A program made the translations under genes and the position numbers. A DNA stretch of 64,000 bases from Candidatus Omnitrophota bacterium (lineage in GTDB: Bacteria > Omnitrophota > Gorgyraeia > Gygaellales > UBA12090): contig JAUSCZ010000012.1 in the NCBI GenBank assembly GCA_030674475.1, positions 319-64,318 of the forward strand. The letters run 5' to 3'. The notes below the pieces were generated by a model, which worked only from the letters and a program-made list of their open reading frames with translations, was not told where the DNA came from and searched no databases. Within the stretch, counting starts at the first letter, position 1; each line of letters opens with the position of its first letter. This document shows positions 56,907 through 64,000 of this stretch, piece by piece.

Positions 56907-59558
56907 GGCGTTAAGCTCCATAACCTTCTCTCTTAATCCAACCGCGATTGCCTCGTATTCATCCCCATCCGTTTTTTTCGCCCCTGTTTCTTTTAGCTCT
57001 TCCCGGGCGCAAGGCTTTCCAAAGATAATTTTAATGGGATATGGTCTGGGAAAGGTTTTTCCCCTGGGCCAGCTATGGTGTGAACCCTGGATATAGCAGG
57101 GAACTACCAGGGCGGAAGTTTCTTTGATCAATATGCCGGCGCCTTTTTTGAAAGGTTTAACCTGGTCGTCTATGGAGCGCTCGCCCTCAGGAAATACGCA
57201 CAGGGATTTGTTGTTACGCAAGACATAAGAAGACGCCTGCATTGCCTCAGTAAGATTAACCGCCGGGTCAACGGCGATTAATCTGGCGATTTTTACCGCC
57301 CATCTCACCAAAGGGTGTTGGAAATACACGCTGTAGCCTAAAAAAAATAGATTCAATTCCCGCCTTATCCCCACACTGGCCGCCGCCACAAAGCCGTCTA
57401 AGTAGCTGGCGTGATTAGGACAGAGGATAAAGGGTTTATCCAGGGGTAAATTTTCCCGGCCCTTTATTTTTAGTTTCCAGAATATCTTTAAGGCTAAAAG
57501 CGTTAAATTGAGCAGGAGGAAGGAAATTATCTTATCCGCGATACCGGGATGAAGGACGATTTTATCTAAGATTTCCTGTTTCGGCTCCTTTTGGATAATC
57601 TGGCTCCAGACAGGCTGAAGATTAGGCTTAAGCTTTTCTTGGCCGGTATTTAAAAGAGAGCCTATTTTGGCGATCAATTCTTTCACGGTGAAGATTTCCG
57701 AGAAATCCGCGTCGGGTATATTGATATTGAATTTTTTCTCAAAGGCAATGGCTAATTCTACCCGGCTTAAGGAATCAATCCCTAAATCCAGCTCTAAATG
57801 GTCGTTGAGATTAACCTTAGCCTTTAACTGCTGAGAGACTAATTCTAAGATCTTTGCGGTCAGCGGTTCCCGGGGCGCGAAACCCTCATCAGAAACGGCA
57901 TCTTTTTTTACCTGCCCTATTTCGGTTCCAGGAGCTCTGCCGGCGGGTAAATATCCGGCCTTAATTTCGTATCTTTTCAGTTTTCCCAAACGGGTTTTAG
58001 GCAATTCTTCCTTGGCGACTGTAAAACCCATAATTCGTTTATAAGAAGGAAGCTCTTTAGAAAGGTTTTCTAAAATCCAGCGGATCTTACCCTGGATGTT
58101 TATCTCCCGGGTTTTACGAAAATAATCAACATTGGGAAATACTACCGCGTATAAGGAAGACAGCCCGGAGGAGGTTGTTTCTAAAACGCAAATCTCTTTG
58201 ATATAGGGGCTTTTCAGGTAATGGTTTTCGATTTCCTCAGGATAGATATTTTTACCGCTGGATAACACAATTATTTCTTTGGATCGTCCGGTAAGATGGA
58301 GGTATCCTTTTTTATCAATGAACCCTAAGTCTCCGGAATAAAACCATCCTTCTTTTAAAACCTCCAGCGTTTCTTTAGGTTTTTTATAATAGCCTTTCAT
58401 TACATTGGGGCCCTGGATGAGGACCTCACCGACATTTTCGCGGTTGGGGTTATTTATTTTTATCTTTACCTTAGGTATGGGTGGCCCTACTGAGCCAATT
58501 CGGACCCGCTTTAGGGGATTAAAGGTAACTACGGGTGAGGTTTCAGTCAGGCCGTAGCCCTCCAAAATAGTAAAGCCCAGCAGGGTTAATTCCTGGCCGA
58601 CCTTGGGGTCTAAGCGGGCCCCGCCTGAGGCAAAAAAGCGCAAGGAGGAACCGAATTTTTGATGTAGTTTTTTAAGCAGGATTTTGTTGAGGTTCAGACG
58701 CAGGGCCTTACGCGCCAGATTTCCGGCTTTAAGGATAGGCAGTAGAATTAAAGGGTTAGGGATTTTCTCAAAAATAGCCTTATGCAGGAGGTGATAGAGC
58801 TGGGGCACGCCCACTAAGATAGTGGCGTTGGTTTCTTCCAGACACTTAAGCAGGTCTTCGGACTTCAGACTGTTTAAAAAGGTGATTTTCGCGCCGGTAA
58901 AAAGCGGGGTGAGCAGGGTAACCATAAAGGGGTAAGAATGATGCAAAGGAAGGAGCGCGATAATATTGTCTTGGGGCAGGATTATTTTAAGCCCAAAGAT
59001 ACTCTCAAAATCAGAAGAGAAGTTTTTATGAGTAAGCATTACCCCTTTAGGAGAGGCGGTGGTGCCGGAGGTATAAAGGATAGAGGCGATGTCCCAGGGA
59101 TTATTTTCAAGCGATATTTCTTCAGGCCTTAGGGTGTCTATTTCCCTGAAGGGATAAAGGAGCGCTTTTTTAAAAGAAAGTATGTTTTTTAGCCTGGCTT
59201 CCAGCGGTTCATAAAGCTCAGCTGAGCTAAAGAGTATCCTGGCCCCGGAATCCCGGAGGACGTTATTGACTTCGTAAGGGGTGAGTTTGGGGTCTATGGG
59301 AACAGCGGTGGCGCCGCTGGCCATGATCCCAAAATATATTGCCGGCCATAGGTGCGAATTTTCCAGCAGTATGGCCGCGCGCTCGCCTTTGGCCAGGCCT
59401 TCTTGTTTTAGGAGATTAGCGAATTTTAAGCTTAATTCGTAAAGCCGGGCGTAGGTAAAGGTTTGGTAAACATTACCTTCTTTTGTCTGGCAGGCAATAG
59501 CATCAGGATGAGCTTTAGCCGATTCTCGAAACCGGCTAAACAAGCAACATTTCTCCAT
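56898..59558 (-). CDS. Tri-domain acyl-ACP synthetase (AMP-binding) - acyl carrier protein - lysophospholipid acyltransferase (PlsC) fusion, Aas-like
   Basis: AMP-binding 'YTSGTTASPKGV'; ACP 'LGIDSLSRVEL'; acyltransferase 'CPNHASYLDGF' (HxxxxD). Confidence 0.75.
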   Translation of the reverse strand: MEKCCLFSRFRESAKAHPDAIACQTKEGNVYQTFTYARLYELSLKFANLLKQEGLAKGERAAILLENSHLWPAIYFGIMASGATAVPIDPKLTPYEVNNVLRDSGARILFSSAELYEPLEARLKNILSFKKALLYPFREIDTLRPEEISLENNPWDIASILYTSGTTASPKGVMLTHKNFSSDFESIFGLKIILPQDNIIALLPLHHSYPFMVTLLTPLFTGAKITFLNSLKSEDLLKCLEETNATILVGVPQLYHLLHKAIFEKIPNPLILLPILKAGNLARKALRLNLNKILLKKLHQKFGSSLRFFASGGARLDPKVGQELTLLGFTILEGYGLTETSPVVTFNPLKRVRIGSVGPPIPKVKIKINNPNRENVGEVLIQGPNVMKGYYKKPKETLEVLKEGWFYSGDLGFIDKKGYLHLTGRSKEIIVLSSGKNIYPEEIENHYLKSPYIKEICVLETTSSGLSSLYAVVFPNVDYFRKTREINIQGKIRWILENLSKELPSYKRIMGFTVAKEELPKTRLGKLKRYEIKAGYLPAGRAPGTEIGQVKKDAVSDEGFAPREPLTAKILELVSQQLKAKVNLNDHLELDLGIDSLSRVELAIAFEKKFNINIPDADFSEIFTVKELIAKIGSLLNTGQEKLKPNLQPVWSQIIQKEPKQEILDKIVLHPGIADKIISFLLLNLTLLALKIFWKLKIKGRENLPLDKPFILCPNHASYLDGFVAAASVGIRRELNLFFLGYSVYFQHPLVRWAVKIARLIAVDPAVNLTEAMQASSYVLRNNKSLCVFPEGERSIDDQVKPFKKGAGILIKETSALVVPCYIQGSHHSWPRGKTFPRPYPIKIIFGKPCAREELKETGAKKTDGDEYEAIAVGLREKVMELNALA

Positions 59559-59659
59559 AAGGTGTATTATACTTAAGTTTTAGTGGTAAGCCAAGGGAAT
59601 TAAGATATAATAATAAAGCAGAATTAAGAATTAAGAGTTAAGAACTGAGAAAATAAATC

Positions 59660-60577
59660 ATGGATAATAAACATTGCGGCATCGCGGCGATTATCGGCCG
59701 GACTAATACGGGAAAGTCAACTCTGCTTAATGCTCTCTTGGGTCAAAAGGTCTCCATTGTCTCAAAAATTCCCCAAACTACCCGTAATATCATCCGCGGG
59801 ATCCTGACTGAAGAGAGGGGACAGATTATTTTTGTGGATACCCCGGGCCTGCATAAGCCCAAGCACCATTTGGGAAAGTATATGAATATCCTGGCTGAGG
59901 ACTCGGCTAAGGGCGCGGATGTAGTTTTACATTTGGTGGATTCATCGGAAAATGTGGGTGAGGAAGAGACGATGATTGTTGGTTTTTTAAGCCGGCAATT
60001 AGGAAAGCTTCCCATAATCCTGGTTTTAAACAAGATAGATTTAGGGGGGAAATTTATTCAGGAATACCTGAAGCTTTGGGAGGCCAAAAGCGGAAAACTC
60101 ATCAATGAGCTCAACGATAAGCTGATTGTAATTCCAGTTTCCGCTTTAAAGGGAACCAGCTTAGATAAGCTTTTAGAGGTTTTGTTTTCCTATATGCCTA
60201 AGGGCCCACAGCTATATCCTGAGGATATGGTTTCGGATTTTCCGGATAATTTGGCTTACGCTGATATAATCCGCCAAAAGCTTTTTGAACGGATGCGCCA
60301 GGAAATTCCTTATTCTATCGGAGTGTTGATTGATGAGGTTATTGAGCGCACCAAAGAGCTGACCTTTATAAAAGCCGTAATTCTGGTAGAAAGGGATTCC
60401 CAGAAGGCAATGGTAATCGGAGATAAAGGCAGGATTATAAAAGAAGTAGGCAGCGCCTCCCGTAAGGAATTGGAAGGAATGCTGGACAAAAATGTTTATC
60501 TGGAGCTGACCGTAAAAACTAATCCCGATTGGCGCGAAGATAAAGAAATCCTCCAGCGAATGGGGATAATCCTATAG
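59660..60577 (+). CDS. era: GTPase Era
   Basis: G1 'GRTNTGKST', G3 'DTPG', 'NKID', C-terminal KH domain. Confidence 0.9.
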   Translation: MDNKHCGIAAIIGRTNTGKSTLLNALLGQKVSIVSKIPQTTRNIIRGILTEERGQIIFVDTPGLHKPKHHLGKYMNILAEDSAKGADVVLHLVDSSENVGEEETMIVGFLSRQLGKLPIILVLNKIDLGGKFIQEYLKLWEAKSGKLINELNDKLIVIPVSALKGTSLDKLLEVLFSYMPKGPQLYPEDMVSDFPDNLAYADIIRQKLFERMRQEIPYSIGVLIDEVIERTKELTFIKAVILVERDSQKAMVIGDKGRIIKEVGSASRKELEGMLDKNVYLELTVKTNPDWREDKEILQRMGIIL

Positions 60578-60603
60578 TTCCAAAATTTTTTACCCTGCCC
60601 CCC

Positions 60604-60631
60604 TTGACAAATGAAAATTTTGTGTTATACT
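60604..60631 (+). promoter_or_regulatory. Sigma70-like promoter (TTGACA-16-TATACT) driving the riboswitch leader
   Basis: Consensus -35 and near-consensus -10 hexamers. Confidence 0.55.
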
Positions 60632-60720
60632 TTAATTAGAAATTTGCACTTTGACAATTAAACAAGAAATACCATTTGTCCCAATGAAATCGGGATCCCG
60701 CTAAAGTGTTAAAATACTAA

Positions 60721-60819
60721 GGCGGGAAAAAAAGGCAAACCATCCGTAAGGATGGGGCGCAAAGCTTCCGGTCCTAGAACGAATGAAGTGAATCGTAGGA
60801 TAGCGGAGCCGCCAAGGGG
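60721..60819 (+). promoter_or_regulatory. c-di-GMP-I (GEMM) riboswitch aptamer
   Basis: 'GGCAAACCAUCCGUAAGGAUGGGGCGCAAAGCUUCCGGUCCUAGAAC...UAGGAUAGCGGAGCCGCC' is near-identical in its conserved blocks to the Vibrio Vc2 aptamer ('GGCAAACCAUUCGAAAGAGUGGGACGCAAAGCCUCCGGCCUAAACC...UAGGUAGCGGGG'). P1 closes by GGCGG/CCGCC. Confidence 0.75.
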
Positions 60820-60835
60820 TAAAAGTAGTCCTTAA

Positions 60836-60869
60836 CCCTAAAGAAGATGCCTTTAGGGTTTTTTATTTT
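60836..60869 (+). terminator. Riboswitch expression-platform intrinsic terminator
   Basis: CCCTAAAG-loop-CTTTAGGG followed by TTTTTTATTTT. Confidence 0.65.
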
Positions 60870-60959
60870 CTATGGCGTCATTGCAACTCCGCCAAGGGCG
60901 GAGGAAGCCTGCCTACCCTGCCTGCCGGCAGGGTAGGCAGGCAATCTTAAAAAGGAAGA

Positions 60960-61946
60960 ATGAAAAACATAACCAATATTTTACTGATTTTGCTGGTAGT
61001 TCTGGTATTAGGATTTAGCGTTATAGTTATCTTAAATATCTTTACTCCCCCTCCCCCCAAACCGCAAATTTCGGCAGTCAGCCAACCAATAGAAGAGACT
61101 GCTATCCCAGAATCAGAAACAACAGCCCAGCCCAAAACCGAAACCCCAGAGGCATTACCTATTTCCGCGCCGCAACCCAAAGCTGAGGCTCCGCAAGCGG
61201 ATTTAGCCAAGCCCACAGAAGACCAAGCGCTTAAAGTTAAAATAGACTCCTTAATTGCTAAGATTAATTCTAATAATGCGGAGGAATCCTTAAAGGCCGA
61301 AGATGAGCTGGTCGAGTTGGGTAAGCCCGCGCTTAAGGAATTAGTCAACGTCTTAAATAATCTTGAGCCTTCAGAAGACATCTTGCGCCCGGAGATAGCC
61401 TTTATTTTAGGCAGGTTTGAGGATGCAGAGGCAGTTTCGGCATTGACACCTCTATTAGAGAATGAGAACTCCTATATCCGCAGAAATGCCATTAATTCTC
61501 TGAAAAGAATAAGAAGCCAGGAGGCAGTGTTTTCATTGACAGCGAGACTTTCCGATAAAGACGACTTAGTTCGAGAATCAGCCGTATCCGCCCTGGGAGA
61601 GATTAGCGGTTACGAAGCAACCGAGGACCTGATTAACCGGCTCAAGGATGAGAATGAAACTGAAGGGATAAAACTGGCGGCGGTGAAGGCCTTGGGTCAG
61701 ATTAAGGATGCCCGGGCTGTCAATGAGCTATCGGAACAGTTAAAAAACGAGTCCGATCCATTCTATAAAGATGAGGTAGTAGATTCTTTAGCTAATATAG
61801 GGGAGATGCGGGCGGTTTCAGGACTAAATGAATATCTTGACCAGCTTAAAAATAATAAACCAGAAAATGCCGGGGATTTATTCTTCTGGCAGAACAGCGT
61901 AGAGATAACTGAACAAGCTATCCAAAGATTGACCAGCGGCTCTTAA
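60960..61946 (+). CDS. Membrane-anchored HEAT-repeat (PBS-lyase HEAT-like) protein
   Basis: N-terminal TM, Pro/Glu-rich linker, then repeated 'EDILRPEIAFILGRFEDAEAVSALTPLLENENSYIRRNAINSL'-type HEAT units. Confidence 0.6.
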   Translation: MKNITNILLILLVVLVLGFSVIVILNIFTPPPPKPQISAVSQPIEETAIPESETTAQPKTETPEALPISAPQPKAEAPQADLAKPTEDQALKVKIDSLIAKINSNNAEESLKAEDELVELGKPALKELVNVLNNLEPSEDILRPEIAFILGRFEDAEAVSALTPLLENENSYIRRNAINSLKRIRSQEAVFSLTARLSDKDDLVRESAVSALGEISGYEATEDLINRLKDENETEGIKLAAVKALGQIKDARAVNELSEQLKNESDPFYKDEVVDSLANIGEMRAVSGLNEYLDQLKNNKPENAGDLFFWQNSVEITEQAIQRLTSGS

Positions 61947-62064
61947 AAGGAAGCGCTTTCTCAAAAACGCGGTTTTAGCCTTGAAAATGGGAAAAGATGT
62001 GGTAAGCTTTAAGCATAAGGGTCTTAAGCATAAGGGTCAGAAAATAAAAAACGGAGGTAGAGAA

Positions 62065-64000
62065 ATGAAAAAGACGCTTTACAATCTAATCAAAACCGGA
62101 ATAACAGTTGTAAGTTTGACCTTAGTCTTGACTGCCTCAGCCTGGGCGGGGTATGTGCAGATTTACCAATCCGATAAAGAAACAAAATCCGACGGCACAA
62201 CCCAAAGAGATAAGATCCTGGTGGTAGTGAATAAGGGCATCTATAGTTCCATTTCCGCCTCCATTACTACTTATAAAAATGATTTGGAATCCGAAGATTA
62301 CTATGTCATTGTAGCTACTGACGAGGAAACAGAGACCGAAACACCCGAGCAATTAAAGGATTTTATTAAAAAATATTACGACGGCACCTTAACCAGCGGG
62401 CTGACAGGAGTAGTTTTGATAGGTGATTTGCCGAAAGGAACTCCTATTTACCCTAGAAAGTATAAGAAGTTTCCTGATGATGTATTTTATAGGGATATTA
62501 ATGGCGACGGAATGACAAAACCTGATATCTGGCTCGGCCGTATTGATGCCTCTAAGCTTACCAAGACAGGAAAGAGCGAAAAAACATCTCTGGAGGATTA
62601 TTTTAGACGGAATCATAACTATCGTATTGGCAAGGCAGACTTACCTAGTCATCGAGGACTGGCTTATATTAGTACAGGAAGAGCTTCTTTTAATTCCCTT
62701 GAGAAAGCCGGGTATGATAGTGTTACTGAAGTATTACCGAAGGATTCCTCGACTAGTGATTTCAAAGCAAAGCTAAATGATACCAATGGTTATGAATGGA
62801 TTTATCTTGCTGGCACTCACCCAGGTTATTCTGGTCATAGTGGAGTTGCATCATCCCGGGTTACCTATTTCTATTTTCGCAAGAATAAAGATGACAAAGG
62901 AACAAAGCTATATAATACCTCTTTTTATGGTAGTGACAAGATTAATCCTAAAGCTCTGTTTTATTATCTTAGTGGCGTTTATAGCGGGATGTATACTTAC
63001 AATGACTATATAGCAGGATACTGTGTTATTGGTAACGACTACGGACTGGCAGCTATTGTCCCGACTGGCAATGCCGCATTCCTTGCAGAAGCATTTGCTC
63101 GTAGCAATAAATATTTTTATGATAAATTAGGCCGGGACAAAAACCGTAAAAACATTGGAGAGGCATTCTTATCCCAATCTCAGTATCTGTTTGAGCAAAA
63201 TGAAAATTCTCAAGCTGTTATGAGCAGTTTTACGACTATTTTAGGCGACCCCACTTTAACCATTGACCCTCCAATAGCCGATATCTCTGAACCGATAATA
63301 GGTGCCATAAACGGCTCGGAGCACCCTGTTACCCTTAGCGGCTCAGGCCATCTTAATAATGACACCTCCGCCACTATAACAGGATACGCCTGGCGCTCTA
63401 AAGACGACAAAGTAAGCTTTAGCGATTCCTCATCTTCTGGGCCAACAGCAAGCCTTTCTGCCGGAGAATATACGGTATATTTCAAGGTGAAAGACAGCTA
63501 CGGCAGATGGTCATCTGAAGCGGAAAAGACTTTTACCATAGGTAGCAACAACACCGAAGGACCCAGCGGCACAATCAACATCAACAGTGATGCCGCCTAT
63601 ACTGCTTCAACCGCGGTTACTCTTACTCTCACCGCCACCCATGACACCGGAGTAACCGGATATTATGTCTCAAACAGCGCAACTGCGCCTTTAGCTACAG
63701 ACTCAGGTTGGACCATCGTAACCTCAACCACCAGTTATAGCGGGAGTGTATCTCATACCTTATCTACAGGCGACGGTTCAAAGACCGTCTATGCCTGGTA
63801 TAAGACCGCCGCCAGCAATGTTTCAAGCGCGGCCAGCGCCACAATCACTCTGGATACTGCCGTACCCACAGTTACTATCACCAGCCCTACTTCAGACGCG
63901 ACTTCTTCCACCGATAAAAAGAAGCTGTCCATAGGAGGATCCGCCTCGGATAGCACATCAGGGATAAAAAGTGTAGCCTGGTCTAATAATAAAGGAGGAG
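62065..64000 (+). CDS. Large secreted/surface protein, 3'-truncated by the window edge; possible clan-CD (C25/C11-like) peptidase region followed by Ig-like repeats
   Basis: GGAGGT lies 7 nt upstream of the ATG. Signal peptide 'VVSLTLVLTASAWA'. The frame is open to the window end (absent from the ORF track because it lacks a stop). 'GTHPGYSGH' and 'AGYCVIG' may be His/Cys catalytic dyad candidates. The C-terminal region is Thr/Ser-rich. Confidence 0.5.
   Translation, partial: MKKTLYNLIKTGITVVSLTLVLTASAWAGYVQIYQSDKETKSDGTTQRDKILVVVNKGIYSSISASITTYKNDLESEDYYVIVATDEETETETPEQLKDFIKKYYDGTLTSGLTGVVLIGDLPKGTPIYPRKYKKFPDDVFYRDINGDGMTKPDIWLGRIDASKLTKTGKSEKTSLEDYFRRNHNYRIGKADLPSHRGLAYISTGRASFNSLEKAGYDSVTEVLPKDSSTSDFKAKLNDTNGYEWIYLAGTHPGYSGHSGVASSRVTYFYFRKNKDDKGTKLYNTSFYGSDKINPKALFYYLSGVYSGMYTYNDYIAGYCVIGNDYGLAAIVPTGNAAFLAEAFARSNKYFYDKLGRDKNRKNIGEAFLSQSQYLFEQNENSQAVMSSFTTILGDPTLTIDPPIADISEPIIGAINGSEHPVTLSGSGHLNNDTSATITGYAWRSKDDKVSFSDSSSSGPTASLSAGEYTVYFKVKDSYGRWSSEAEKTFTIGSNNTEGPSGTININSDAAYTASTAVTLTLTATHDTGVTGYYVSNSATAPLATDSGWTIVTSTTSYSGSVSHTLSTGDGSKTVYAWYKTAASNVSSAASATITLDTAVPTVTITSPTSDATSSTDKKKLSIGGSASDSTSGIKSVAWSNNKGG

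Noticed and set aside
60888-60943. Interpreting the 16-bp-stem palindrome before the HEAT-repeat gene as a second terminator or second riboswitch
   Set aside because: No U-tract follows it and it matches no aptamer I recognise. It is noted within the riboswitch finding as an unexplained hairpin or possible protein-binding site.
62137-63485. Several 60-90-aa ORFs (both strands) listed in the track between 62.1 and 63.9 kb
   Set aside because: All are contained within the long uninterrupted + strand frame from 62065 to the window end, which has a signal peptide and RBS. They were not reported separately.

Overview
A 64 kb chromosomal window from an uncultivated-type bacterium with moderate GC, many toxin-antitoxin modules and large secreted proteins. 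The taxon is not asserted. Most of the window is core metabolism: a near-complete, translationally coupled pyrimidine operon (pyrR-pyrB-pyrC ... carA-carB-fpg-pyrK-pyrD-pyrF-mazG) with a recognisable PyrR attenuator, three tRNA genes, the pabB/pabC genes, era, hemW and a c-di-GMP-I (GEMM) riboswitch. Three things stand out. (1) An ~11 kb accessory island (27.3-38.3 kb) is inserted between pabB and pabC. It carries an AbiEi/AbiEii module, a 1532-aa SF1 (Upf1/DNA2-like) helicase fused to a C-terminal Vsr/DUF559-type PD-(D/E)xK nuclease, a 315-aa protein with an Rx4H (HEPN-like) motif and a zinc ribbon, an IS21 remnant, a frameshifted DUF3800 gene and a BrnT/BrnA module. The island is scaffolded by a family of small TIR elements (GGGGTCAG...CTGACCCC), one of which (~830 bp) carries brnTA as cargo. 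(2) Two homologous ~160-nt structured elements each sit immediately 3' of a tRNA gene. Each begins with the reverse complement of that tRNA's own T-arm and ends with a direct copy of its T-arm and acceptor 3' end. (3) Several short repeat families (AAAGTCAAAAG, AGCTATCAGCC, CCTCCCCTTACCAAGGGGAGG) are dispersed through the region and occur in-frame inside conserved housekeeping genes. No CRISPR array, rRNA or integrase gene was seen.
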